From assembly GCF_009914755.1 (NCBI RefSeq), contig NC_060928.1: a DNA stretch of 64,000 bases; one strand, given 5' to 3'. A model generated the notes under the pieces. That model did not search any database. It saw only the letters and a program-made list of their open reading frames with translations, and was not told where the DNA came from. Position 1 is the stretch's first letter; each line of letters starts with the position of its first letter. Source of the DNA: the human T2T-CHM13v2.0 reference genome, Homo sapiens. A program made the translations under genes and the position numbers. This document shows positions 46,382-60,982 of this stretch, one piece after another.

Positions 46382-46644
46382 CTATTGTGTATCAAAAATC
46401 AAATGTGACAATACCAAATTAGTAAAGATGTGAACAAATGGGTTATAAATGTTAGTAACAGTGTTTATGGATTGGCATTATCTGGTTGGAATTATCTAGT
46501 AAAATTGACCATATACAGATCATACGAATCAGCAATTCCACTTAGGTACATGCCCTAAGGAAACTCACATATATGTAGAAGGAGACGTATAAAGTAACAT
46601 CCATAAGCAACATTGATTAAATTGTAAAAACCTGAAAATAATAA

Positions 46645-47035
<391 letters not shown>

Positions 47036-47616
47036 TGATGGTAAGTCTTACTGAGCTTCTTCAATTGTTTGTCACATATACACTCAATTGATGTTTTTCA
47101 ATATAGCCTTATTCAAGATTTCTATTTAATAGCCTTGTTCAAGATTTGTAATTTTTTACCATACATACGCATCAATTGCTTAATATTACATCACATACTT
47201 TTATTTTAATCCTTCTATTTCAATCTGTGTATTATTCTCTTCATTCACAGACTGCATGGGAACATGAGACTCATTTGTGGTTATTTGATAGCAAATAACG
47301 TATCTCCCTGTGAATTATTTTCTTAAATCTAAAGAATAAGAAAAAAAACTACCCTTGCTTCACCTCAAATATACCATAAAGATAAACAAATAAAGCAATA
47401 CAGTTATTTCTGAAAGTACTTTGCAAGAAAGACGGCCACATCTTGGGCAAATACTCTTCCTTTCACCAAATCTTTTTCTCTTTTCCTCAGCCTGTCAAAT
47501 TACATTCCTTTTATTTTGAGGGCTGAATTCAAATGTCTTTGTTTTCCAGGAAACAACCTAATTGGCCTCTAACTAGAATATGATCGTTACAATCATTAAA
47601 AAAAAAAAAGATTGTT

Positions 47617-47907
47617 AAGCCAGGTGCAGTGGCTCACGCCTGTAATCCCAACACTTTGGGAGGGCGAGGCAAGCTGATGGCTTGAGCTCAGGAGTTCGAG
47701 ACCAGCCCGGGAAACATAACAAGACCCCGCCTCTACTCAAAATACAAAAGAATAGCCAGGCATGTTGTTGTACATCTGAGGTCCCAGGTTGAGGTAAGAG
47801 GATCGCTTGATCCCAAGCGGTGCGTGAAGGATGCAGTGAGCTGAGATTGTGCCACTGTACTCCAGCCTGGGTGAGAGAACGAGACCCTGTCTCCAAAAAA
47901 AAAAAAA
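47617..47907 (+). mobile_element. AluJ, diverged
   Basis: TSD-like aaaagattgttaag / aaaagattattaag. Confidence 0.88.
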
Positions 47908-48731
47908 GATTATTAAGATCTATTATTAAGATCTACTTTTCTGTTTCTGTTTTAAAGTATGTACATTCGTATGGTCGTATTTATACTCAACTATAAGGAC
48001 ATGAGAAACATTATCTCATGCAATCTTCAAAACATTGTTAGTAAGTAGTATGAATGGGACTTGAAGTCATGCCTTTTGACAGCTCTTTGCTCTCTGTAAG
48101 AATGCCTGTTATGTCTGTGCTATCATCTCATATCCGCTCATCCCAAATTCACATATAATCCTCATCACCTAGAAAAACAAGCACTGAGTATCCACATCAA
48201 GGCTCTCAGTCAACAGCCAATATTCTAGTTTGGTCCCATTTGAGGCTATTTCTCGCCCTACCACAGGTATAATAAAAGCATGTTAGGATTTATGGAGAGT
48301 ATCTCCAATAAGTGCACAGCTCCACCACCACTCCTTGAAGATGAATCTGGCGTGAGGTCAGTAATCTGTTTCTTTATATTCAACTTTTAGTGGCTAGCAC
48401 AGTACCTGACACACTGAAGATGCTTAACGAATAGACGGATAAATGGATGGATAGAATGAAGCAGAGACTCTTCCTGCTGACACACCTAACTTATCTTTTC
48501 CACAAATTCCTCTATTCAAATTATTTTAAATTATATGTATATTATGTATATATAATCTGCTCTTTATGTATTTTTTAGGGATATATAAATGAAAAAGATT
48601 AGGAAACTTATGAAATTCCTAAACACACTTTAAAATAAAAGGTGATACTAATATGACTATCAGGGACACAAAAATTACTTGTCAGTGGATTTATACCCTT
48701 TGTTAATCAGAGTATTATTGTTTCACCTATA

Positions 48732-49019
48732 TTTTTTTTTTTTTTGAGACACAGTGTCATTCTGTCACCCAGGATGGTATGCATGGCATGATCAGAGCTC
48801 ACTGAAGCCTCGACCTCCTAGGCTCAAGTGATCCTCTCACCTCAGCCTCCTGAGTAGCTGGGACTACAGGTATGCACATGTGGCTCATTTTTTCAGTTTT
48901 TGTAGAGTTGGGGTCTCACTACGTTGCCCAGGTTGGTGTCAAACTCTGGGCTAGAGCGATCCTCCCACCTTGGACTCCCAAAGTGCTGGGATTATAGGCA
49001 TGAGCCACCGTGCCTGGCC
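48732..49019 (-). mobile_element. AluJ
   Basis: Antisense dimer. Confidence 0.88.
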
Positions 49020-50977
49020 TCCCTTATAATTTTTGAATTAAATAGTCTACAAACGAAATATAAAAGTGTATTTATATTCTCATGGCTGGGGGAATACATT
49101 CTCACTAAAGGAGTTGAAGAGTGGAGGGGTAGACGAAAAGGAGAGCAAAAAACTATGTGTATCTGTCCTTCCACCATATCAAAATGTAAGAATGATTACT
49201 ATCATTAGACATGTCCTAATTACATCATTTCTCTGTTGATCACATGTAGCCTATTTTAAAAAATGCCTTTGGGGAAGAATCAGAAGAGAAATGTTATTCT
49301 TATCAGTTAGCTTTTTAATATATTAGGTAAATCTATCTGAAACAGTGACAATATTTGAAATATGTGGCTTCTCTAATTTCTGGGGAAATAAGTAACTGAA
49401 GTGAATAATTCTCCAAGTGTAAATCAGTTTACCATATTTTTCTTGGTAAGTCTCATCATCTTCTTAGAAGGAAAGCAATGTCATAAAATATAAAATACTA
49501 CCTTGAATAAACTGGCACAGAACCCCTCTGGCAGTGAGGAACTATTTCCTAGGCTTATTTATTTTTATAACATTCCATAATAAGACCTAATTCATATTAT
49601 TTTGAAGAGCAATCTAAAAGAGTAATGCCTTTTATATCATTACTGAAGGATTAAGCATACCTAGCTGTTATTTTCATTCTACTTGTCTCCTTTTACATTT
49701 TACAATTAACACCTCAACTAGAGCTGGGGAAAAGGGAAAGACTATAAAACTGAAATCTTCTAGTTGAAATATTTGCTAGGAGGTTTAGCATTTGGAGGTT
49801 AAAATTAAGTTTCTCATCTACTTATTGTATTTCCAATATCTAGGCTTTTGAATTCAGTGGCTTAAACACAAAATACAAACTACATGAAATAAATGTTTCC
49901 ATATAAAGACCTAACTACCCCTAAAAAGCAGACGTAACGTTCTATTTAATGATCAAAATAAAATATATATGTATGTTTGTGGTGTCTCAAAATTACATGC
50001 TAAAAATTACAATTTGAATTGAGAATATTTTTCAGGTAGGGAACAAAGAATGCAAAGACTTGGGACTCAAAAAGCTATAGATTACTTTTTAGTTTTTCTT
50101 TCTTTGTGAAATTACACAAAACAAAGTCATTCTATGGTCAAAACTGAGTCACGCCAAGACATTTAGTTGATTTTGGTTTATGCATATATTTATGTTCCTA
50201 GTAGAACATACACTAAGTCATTCAAAAATATTGAGAGCTATACCAGTGTTGATTACTTAAAATATTTCAACTTGTTTTTTAAAGCAACCTATTTCTAATG
50301 TGAAACTTATTATTGATCTAGGTTTTTTTTTAATATTCACTTGATTTTAATTTTTGACTGATTTAAAAATGTTCATACCATTTAATATACACTTAGAGTA
50401 TATATACACTTGTACTCTCAGACTTCAGAGAAAAGAATAACTCATTTAATTTCAAATCCAGATGTCTCCTGAAAAGCAAAATCTAACACTTAAATAACAT
50501 GGGAAAAAAGAGACCCTGAAGAAATTACATTTAATTACAATTAAAGAAATTGATCAAGAATTAACAATACATATATCTCAAGGATCATAATGGTTACTAG
50601 TTAAAAGTGTTAAACATAATTTAAATGTACTTAGGAAACATAACAGGTAACAATGATCACGAAACTTGAAAATTAAATTATATAATTTTTAGACTTTGAA
50701 AATAATCTTCTACCAAACCATGGTAATAAAATCAGTGGCAGAATGGTATAACAACAAACTGACCAAGGTAGAGGTGAGAAATCTCAGAGGCAGACCCATA
50801 TATCTAATCAGAACCAAACATGTGATAATTGTCACAGAAAACGGTATATAACAATCATGTAAATGGTACTGAGAAACTAACTCACTAATTTTAGAATACA
50901 ATTAAACTAGACTCCTCTCTAAAGTCACATACGGAGGTGCGTTCAAAATGGATTAAAGATCCAAGTATGAAAGGTAA

Positions 50978-51387
<410 letters not shown>

Positions 51388-52374
51388 GAATCACGTAAGA
51401 ACTCTAACAGGATAAATTCAAAATCACTTACCGTATATAAAAATAAAATGATGAATGTAATTACTTCAAAATTAAATATTTTGGCTTAGAAAGGAACACT
51501 GTAAGCCAACAAAAAAAGAGAGAACACAATAGAAGATATTTAAAATATCCAAAACTGACAAGAATTAGAATATAGAATTTACAAGTAATGCAACAAGAAA
51601 AATACAGCAATCCCACTGGAAAAAAGGCGAAAAATATGAACAAGGAATCTGGAAGGCCATTAAACACAGAGGTGTTAGAGGTGTTTTAATTTAATTAGTA
51701 TTCAGAGCAATACAAATTGAAACAAAATGCCACGTTGCACCTAATAGATTAGCAACAATCAGAAAGCTGGAAAATGCTGTGTCCTTAGACATGTGGACAG
51801 AAACTACACACATGACTAGTGAGAAAATGAACTGGATCTAAAGGGCAATTTTGCATCGTTTGGAATCTTGCATTCCTCTTCTACATCTACACTCTGAAGA
51901 AATTCTCTCATTGGAAGCAATTTTTTGGAAGCTACTTAAGTGGTCCATCACTGAGCAAAAGAACAGGCAAACCAAAGTTGATATACAACTATATATAGTT
52001 ATTTAAAAGTATACATTTCAGATCCATTTAAGTTGGACACGTCTTAGAAACATAGTGATGGGTAAAAAAAATTAAAAAATAAGATGAAATACATTACAAT
52101 GTAACTTTTGGAAATTAAAAATACATGGACAGAAAGCAAACATTTTACATGGACACATATTAACAAAAGACAACATTAACTACTTTAAAATGGTTGTATC
52201 TGTCCTTCATTAAATTTATAGGTCTTTAATAATTACTTTGCAATACTTCTGAATTTAGTTCAACCCTAAAAATCACTGTTTTATATAAAAATATATTTAC
52301 ATTAACAACTAAAATTAAATACTTATATACCAACCAATTCATTTCTTAAGTTAGTCTCAAGTGAACCACATTTA

Positions 52375-52484
52375 TTTGTTTATTTCTTCTTTTTTTTTTT
52401 CCTTTAATGGAATGCTTCACGAATTTGCATGTCATCCTTGTGCAGGAGCCATGCTAATCTTCTCTGTGCTGCGAATGTGAGCAC
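52375..52484 (-). pseudogene. U6 snRNA processed pseudogene with internal deletion and A-rich tail
   Basis: Minus strand GTGCTCACATTCGCAGCACAGAGAAGATTAGCATGGCTCCTGCACAAGGATGACATGCAAATTCGTGAAGCATTCCAT plus A-tail. TSD-like tgaaccacattta (52362-52374) and tgaaccatgttta (52488-52500). Confidence 0.93.
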
Positions 52485-54271
52485 AATTGAACCATGTTTA
52501 AATCAGATACATGTATTTTTTTCTAAAGTGATTCTTAGCTATTTATCATCAACACAGCCATTTTGGTCCTTTTAATCCTCTGACACAAAAAAAATTCCTT
52601 AAAATAAATTTCATCTGCTTAGCAAGTAACATGAAAAATATATGTATTTGTAGGAATATTTAGAGAGGGAAGGAAGGAAGGGAGGAAGGGAAGGAGGGAA
52701 CTGGTTTTTCAATAGGTATTAGATATTAAATAAATTGCACAACATTTAATAGCAAAATAAGTCTGAGTCTCTTCCAGTCTTCAGACAAACCTACCCATGG
52801 TCTCCAACAACAAAAAGTCATGCTGGGAATACCAACATTGTTCTGGTAGTGTTCAATACCCTAGATTTGCCTCTAATAAAAATAGAGCAATTTCCTATTA
52901 GTATTTTGGAGTCATCACAACTTTGGCATAATCTCTCAGTCTTCTTATGAATATATGATGAAAATTATGGTACAGAATGATCACTTTTACACTATAATAT
53001 TCTGAAACATTAATAATGTATAAAACATCAACCATTATGCTGAGTAGGTGCTTGGGATACAGTGGTACATATCAACAACCTGGAACATGTGGCATTTACA
53101 CCATGTGCCAGGAAATGACAATTCATTTAAGATAGACATGATATCTGACCTCGTGGAGTTTAGAAACTGAGTGGTAGCAAAGATTATGAAGAATGATAAA
53201 GGCTATGCATGTTATACCAGGGAAACACAGGAAGGCTGGGGAAAAGTACATCAGGGAAACCTAATCTAGCTTCAGGGAGGTGGGGCTGTGGGGAAGAAGA
53301 GTGTTAGGAAAGAGAAGCACATTTTTAAAAGATCGTCAATTACAGAAGAAAACAAATGAATTTCACTGGCCTATCCTAAGACCATTCTAGCCAATCAGAT
53401 TTTTGCAGCTTGGTTTCTGCCCATTGGCTTGTAATCAGTATTTCCAAGTGTAAAACACCAGCCATTCTTTCCTTGAATCATTTTAAGTCTAAGGGGACAG
53501 CATCAGTAATTAGCAGCTCAGGCTGGAGTTAATCCCTAAGGAACTCTCATTTCCTGCCTCTATGTCAGTTTTCGTCCAGGAAATATAGCCTTAATATCCA
53601 TAGCCAAGTACAATGCTAGGTATTTTCACAAAAATTTATTCATTTATTTCCTACCACAAAATGGTATGCCTACTTTATACATTTAAAATATGGAAGCTCA
53701 GAGTTTAAGCAGCTTGCCAAAAAGATCCAACAACTAGCATTAGCTAAAATTTGAATTCAAGACATATAAGTCCAAATCCAGTACTCTTTTATTAAATGGA
53801 AGCTCTTTGTCTTTATGAAATACCTTTACTTATGAAAGCAATGGCAATTTTATTTTCTGGTTGTTCCTACCAAAGATAGTACTATTTGTTCTTCCTTAAA
53901 ACATTTGGACAAAATGATCAAGTATTTTTGTCCCCAAGAATTAAAAAAGAAAAAACCCACAAAACCCATGTTTACTTTGTGTATCTTCCACCAAGGGTGT
54001 AACCAGATTGGTGACAAGAAATATGACTCATGAGCGGTATCTTGGCAAAGAATTCTTAGCATCTCTAGATACATCTGACACATAGGGGAAATGTTACATA
54101 CATGTAACTACATTTTCTTTTCCTTTGAGGATCTCCCGCTATCTTTAATTCAAATCTGCCACAATCCTAACACATGCCTCAATATTAAATATAGAATAAT
54201 ATTCAGAATATTAAGGAAATCATTTCTTGGAAGAATTTTTCAAAGGCAAATACGAATAAAAAACTATTGTT

Positions 54272-54360
54272 GAGGTAGTCATGGTGGCTCGTGCCTGTAA
54301 TCCCAGCACTTTGGAAGGCCAAGGCGAGAGGACTGTTTAAGCCCAGAAGTTCCAGATTAT
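54272..54360 (+). mobile_element. FLAM or Alu left-monomer fragment
   Basis: ggtggctcgtgcctgtaatcccagcactttggaaggccaagg, then truncated. Confidence 0.75.
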
Positions 54361-54689
54361 AGTAAACTATGATTGTGACTATTAGCAATTAAACACAGCA
54401 ATGTATTATGTCATTTAATGAGTTATGAGCAATTCTTTTATTAATGAGAAAATGAGATAATAACTTTAGAAAAAAACTCCAATATCAAGAGTACTTAACT
54501 ATTAACCTTATTCTTCTGTGAATAAAATAATATACTTTCATATTATTTTCCAAAATGATGACTTTTGATTTAAAAAAGATACTCAGGTTCCATAAAGTTT
54601 TTTTCTTGCATATCCACTAAAATGTAAATGCAAAATATTTCTGCTTTCATCTACTGTTCTTACCTTTTGCTAAATGAAGCTAAACTAAA

Positions 54690-54905
54690 TAGCGGTGTGT
54701 TAGATCCAGCTTGTACCAGCTTATGAGAGCCGATGGCTAAATTTTCAGAAATTTTGGACATCCAGCTGTCAAACTACAAATAGCTTGGGACTAACCAAGG
54801 TGAGAATATTTGCAACACAGGAATCAGCAAACACTAAAAATTGGGGCTTTTTTTTTTTTTCTTGGCTAGCTGGTTGTTATAAAGCTTGTCAGTATATCAG
54901 CACTG
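54690..54905. mobile_element. MER63A-like hAT DNA transposon
   Basis: agcggtgtgttagatccagcttgtaccagcttatgagagccgat...cagcactg; about 215 bp. Confidence 0.7.
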
Positions 54906-55574
54906 TGCTTAGGCCACACTAGTGCTTCAGAAGCTTGTATTTTTTATCTTCTTTTCTTCTCTTCTTTACTTCTCTTTTCCTGTAAACACTGATTTTATGC
55001 TTTTATTTTTTCCCCAAAGGCCTTGCCTTGAAAATACTTAGACTACTTCAAAAAGTTCAGATATTGTGACTAACGATCTAAAGTAAAAATATTTTTTCAC
55101 CAAAATATTCTCACAGAAAGTGTATCCCTGAATCTTGTCTGATTGGCCTGATTTATCGTATTCTACTACTTTAAAAGCAATGTCTCTATTTCTTGTCAGG
55201 GTGCTAAGAGCAAATTTTTATTCCCTCCAGTGAATATTGTGCTTGAAGCTTATACATGTATTCCTCATAAAACATAAATGCATAATATTATCCATACTAA
55301 AATGTGTGCAGTCTTTTGTCTGAGCAATATATTTTGTGCATGATATTACACATCTGCAGAGACCTTTTGCATTAAACTACGAATCGTTATGCAAAAATAG
55401 AAGACAAAATTGATTAGTTCCCTTTTACAGAAGAAGAAATAAAGACAGGTTGAAATTTCTGTAAAGGCAATGAAACTAAGAAACAATGTTTAAATAGTCT
55501 CAATATGTGATTAAAAAAAATTCTGGTTTGATTCACAAAAATGCTGCATTACAGGGACAAGCAATAGACTAGCA

Positions 55575-55825
55575 AGAATAGGCGGCAGCAAAAAAGTTCT
55601 GGTGTCAGGCAGATATGAATTTCAAATTCTGTTCCTATGAATTTCAAATTCTGTTCCTCCATTCACTATCTATGTGACGTCAGGAAAAGTAAATCAAACT
55701 ACCCTAAGCTACATTTTCCTTAATAGTAAATGGAGATGAGTATGATACTGGCTTTATAATGTTGTAAGAAAAGAGAGTCAGAATATATGTGATATGACTA
55801 CCACATGGAAGGCAATCAATGTTTA
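55575..55825 (+). mobile_element. MIR containing a perfect 22-bp tandem duplication
   Basis: tctggtgtcaggcaga...tttcaaattc...ctatgtgac resembles the MIR core. Confidence 0.6.
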
Positions 55826-56117
55826 GTTATGACATGATTAGAATTGGTCACTGCAAAACCAACCAATGACTGAATTGGAATTAAGAAAAAAAATTAATCA
55901 TTTCAATAAAAAAAGAGTATGTTCCAAATTCTTATAGCCAGTATATGATAAATATGGTGGGGATTGCAGCTCAAGATCCATCGTACCTTGCTCCTGTAAT
56001 GGGCTTTCATGTATTACAGAGGCTATAAAACAAAATAAGCAAGGTTTCCACAGACTCCTATGCAAATAGGTTCTTGTTGCAATTTAGGTTCAGCCAATCA
56101 AACTTACTTGCCCCAGC

Positions 56118-56439
<322 letters not shown>

Positions 56440-56660
56440 TGAAGCAGAGACCACACTGTCAATGATATACATACATTTTTTAGCTGCAGTGTTGGACAGA
56501 GATCCTAGTACCCAGTAATTATCCTGCTGGCTGCTGGGAGGCAGTGCATGTCACATCTATTTGCCTGGTCATAATAGTTACAGTATGACTGGAGCAAGCA
56601 GCAGTAGAGGCAGCTTTCTGCCTCTGAACTGTGTGTGGCACTGAACTGTGTGTTCTAGAG

Positions 56661-57118
56661 CCGGGGTTGAGAAATTTCTCAGTTAAGGGTCAGATAGCAA
56701 ATATTTTGCCATGCGGTTTCTGTTACAACCTTAACACTGCCACTGTAGCGTGAAAGCAGCCATATATAATAGGTAAGTGAGCATGTATTGCTGTGTTCAA
56801 ATAAATACTGACATTTGAATTTCACATTTTTTTCATTTTTAATTGGAGAAAGTATTTTGTTATGTTGTCCAGGATGGTCTCAAATGCCTGGCCTAAAGCA
56901 ATCCTCCTCCCACTTTGGGTTCCCAAGTAGCTGGGACTACACTACAGGTGCCTACCACTGTGCCCATTGTGAATTTATTAATTTTAAGTGCCACAAAACA
57001 TTATTTTTCTTTTGATTTTTTCAAATATTTAAAAATATAACAACCATTCTTAGTTTGTAAGACATAGACAAGCAGGTGATAGGCCAGACTTTGCCCGCAG
57101 GCCATAGTTTGCCACCCT
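56661..57118. mobile_element. MER58B-like hAT-Charlie element with a FLAM/FAM insertion (~56826-56966, minus)
   Basis: aagggtcagatagcaaatattttg ... gccagactttgcccgcaggccatagtttgccaccc. Confidence 0.78.
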
Positions 57119-58664
57119 ACAACAGTCTCCTGATCCACACAGACAGCCGCAGCTCCCTTAGAAACCAGTGTTGAGGTATACCACTGGGAGATGTTTTTAA
57201 AGTTTAACCATGAGCCCAAAATCTGTTTCGTCTGCCCTTTCCTCTCTTCCATGATTTTGTAAGCCACTAATGCCATGTAATAAGTATTTTCCTGCGTAAA
57301 CTGCTAGACCAAATTTTATTCTCTGCAACTAAATCCTGACTGATTCATAGTGCTACATATATATAAGCACTTTTTATTTTCAACCAAAAAAAAAGAAACC
57401 CTTATTATCTTTCAGGTGTACACCATAAAATATTCATTTACAAATTAATTTTAATGCATTAAAAATATGAGTTTACAACTAAAAAACTATACACAACAGA
57501 ATGCCATTTTAAGAATACACTATTAAATTGAAATTTATTTCAAACTAGGAGCATAAACCACCTAATCCACAAGAATCTACAGATTCCGCAGAACACCATG
57601 ATAAATATAAGAAAATGCCTAAATAATAATTTGAAAGTATTTATTATGTTTGAACCACAAAAATAAAAAATTATATAATGGGAAAGAAAATCTGTTTACC
57701 TCCTTTCAGTGATTAGGGAACCTGCATTAGATTACAGAATGAAAAAGGAGAAAACAGGAGAACTCAAAGGACATTTTGCTTATGGAAACTCTACTTTTTG
57801 TTTTTAGGGAAGCATAACTACATCTCCAAAGTCTATGATGGCTCTAGAGTATCTTAAGTGGCAACTGCATAATCTTTGAGCACTACATTCATTTCTCTCC
57901 AGGCATTGAAAAGTCAAATTGGGACAGACCTTCAGTTCACATCAGTAATAGTAGAACTAATCCTTCTTGGAAGGTACAGCACAGAATAACCCTGCAAACA
58001 GAAATTGTCTAAAGGTAATTTAGAAAAATGGCCTTCAATTTTTTTTTTTTTTTTTTGCATGCAATCCCTAACATAAGTCAGAATCTTTACTATTTTTAGG
58101 TTGATATCTAATACTTTTCAACCTAAGTTTAAAGAGTTACAAAGGATGGCATTATAAGCATTGACAGTTTTAAATAAAATAATTTATCATGTTTTGGAAT
58201 GTATCCATGGGATCTAAACATAGCGTCACAATCAACATCCTCCATTACATATATATATATTTTTAAGTTATTCTTTAACTGTCAGAAATTTAAACTTATT
58301 CTGAATCAAAATTCAGGCTTTATGTAATCTCTTATAAAGTGTGCATGTGTGTGCGTGCATGTGTGTAAGAATCTCCAAAAAAAAAGGACTCTAAAAAAAA
58401 GTATTAGGGCTAAATACTTTTTAAAGTATTTTAAAGGTTTTAAAATACTTTTTAAAAAGTAACCATCATTTTGTTAATATCAAATATCCAATGTTCAAAA
58501 TCTCATAAATGTCATGGTTGATTTTTATAGATATTTCCTATGCATCAGGTTCAAAATAAAGACCACTTATTGCTATTGGCTGATAATGTCTCTTAAGCCT
58601 CTCATATAGATCTCCCAGTTTATACTGGGCACAGGAACTCTGTGTTGCCTATTGTTTGCTGAAT

Positions 58665-59105
58665 AATTTATTCAACAAATATTTATTAAGCAACCACTAT
58701 GTGTCCAGCAATGTTTTAGATGCTAAGAATGTAGAGGAAGAACAGAAGCCTGCTAAAGTCTGTGTCCTTTTGGAGTTTAGATTCTCATGAGACAGAGAAT
58801 AAAATAAACAAAGAAATCAATTATGTCTGATGGTTATGAAAATAATTCAGTAAGCTTTGGAAATAGAATGTTCCCAGGGTTGCTGTTTCAGTATGCATAG
58901 TCAAGGAATGTTTCTCTGAGAAGTTCACAGCAGAACAGAAACCTGAATGAATGAGGGAGCAATCCCTAAGAATTTCTAGGGGAATAAAATTCCAGGCTAA
59001 GGAACAAGTAAAACCAAATGGCTTGAAGTGAGATTGTGCTTCACATGGCTGAACAACTGTAATGAAACCAGTAGAGTTGGGGAGCAGAATTAGAGAAGGG
59101 GAGAG
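58665..59105 (-). mobile_element. L2 3' fragment
   Basis: ttcaacaaatatttattaagcaaccactatgtgtccagc. Confidence 0.72.
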
Positions 59106-59719
59106 TGTTAAGCTCTCAAATGTCTGCATTGTGATTCAGTGTTTACTTCTCTTCAGCTGCTTTCCATCAACTGAGACCAAGGAGATGGCTCTATATACTA
59201 CCTCCTCTATTCTGCTGCTTCTTGCCACTCTTTTCTGCAAAAAAAAGGTACATCTGTGTCTTTCCCTGCAGCTTCGCCCTGCCTGAGACTTTGTAGTCCC
59301 CTTGCTACCTACCATGGGAGACTCTGTGCTGTGTTTAAAATCTGTAGATATTTGCATACTTCCCAATTTGCTTCAAGGTTCACAATGTTTGGCAGCTCTT
59401 CTCATAATCTGAGGTTTGGGATTACTGTTTTCTCCTCACTTCACTTAAGTTAAAAGATTTCTTCCCTATTCTTTATTCTTTTTGTTATGTTCAGTTAGCA
59501 TTAGGCAGAAGAATAGAATACAAATGTTTTTACTCAGCCATTTTGAATGGAATCCTTTTCCTCACCTACTGATGATAAATTTAGAGTAGGTACACCTACA
59601 GAACTTAAATTTCTCAATCTCTACATTTTTTATTTCAATATCTAGATTTTCCTATTTGAAAATCTGAGAAATTCTAGACTACCAACATCTACAGACTTAC
59701 AACTATTGTTTAAAAAATA

Positions 59720-60017
59720 GGCTGGGCACGGGGGCTCACGCCTGTAATTCCAAAACTTTGGGAGGCTGAGGCAGGTAGATCATAAGGTCAGGAGTTCAAA
59801 ACCAGCCTGGCCAAGATGGTGAAACCTCGTCTCTACTAATAATACAAGAAAAAAATTAGCCAGATGTGGTGGCCAGCGCCTGTAATCCCAGCTACTCAGG
59901 AGGCTGAGGCAGAGAATTTCTTGAACCCAGGAGGCAGAGGTTGCAATGAGCCGAGGCTGCGCCATTGCACTCCAGCCTGGGCGACAGAGCAAGACTCCGT
60001 CTCAAAAAAAAAAAAAA
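59720..60017 (+). mobile_element. AluS (Sg-like)
   Basis: Full dimer. Confidence 0.92.
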
Positions 60018-60391
60018 TTAGAAAAAGGTAATTTAGCACAGAATCAACTTTAAATGTACATTAAAGACTCTATAAGGAATATAAACTTAGAAACTATAGT
60101 AAATTTCTACCATGATCCTTATATTCAAACTAAGGAATAACAAAAGGCAAATAAATGTCCATATTCAAACGGATATGCAATGAAGAGAGAATAAGCAAAA
60201 TATCAAAACAATATATGTTAAATAAATACAGCATTATTACTTTTGAGAACATAAACTCTGGTTATGTTGATAAAAGCTTACTCTGTTTTCTACTTTAAAT
60301 AACGGTCAAATTGTCATGTACTTATGTATAAGTGATTTGCATGAAAAGTATTCTGAATCATCTAAGAGTACTTTTTAAAAAGTCAGCTCTT

Positions 60392-60982
60392 GGCCAGGTG
60401 CAGGGGCTCATGCCTGTAATCTCGGCACTTTGGGAGGCTAAGGTGGGCAGATCACTTGAGGTCAGGAGTTTGAGACCATCCTGGCCAACACGGTGAAACC
60501 CCATCTCTACTAAAAATTAGGCTGGGCGTGGTGGCTCATGCCTGTAGTCCTAGCACTCTGGGAGGGCGAGGCAGGTGGATCACCTGAGGTCAGGAGTTCG
60601 AGAGCAGCCTGGCCAACATAGTGAAACCCTGTCTCTACTAAAAATACAAAAATTAGCCGGGCATGGGGCACACGCCTGTATTCCCAGCTACTCAGGAGGC
60701 TGAGACAAGAGAATTGCTTCAACCCAGGAGGCAGAGGATGCAGCGAGCCGAGACTGCGTCACCGCACTCCGGCCTGGGTGACAAAGCGAGACTCAGTCTG
60801 AAAAAAAAAAAAAAATTAGCCGGTTGTAGTGGCACACACCTGTAATTCCAGTTATTCAGGAGGCTGAAGCATAAGAATCACTTGAACCTGGGGGGAGGAG
60901 ATTGCAGTGAGCCAAAATTGCACCACGGCACTCCAGGCTGGGCAACAGAGTGAGACTGTCTCAAAAAAAAAAAAAAAAAAAA
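60392..60982 (+). mobile_element. AluS with a second full AluS (60520-60815) nested in its central linker
   Basis: Order is left arm, complete Alu, right arm. Inner TSD aaaaatta; outer TSD aaaaagtcagct. Confidence 0.92.
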
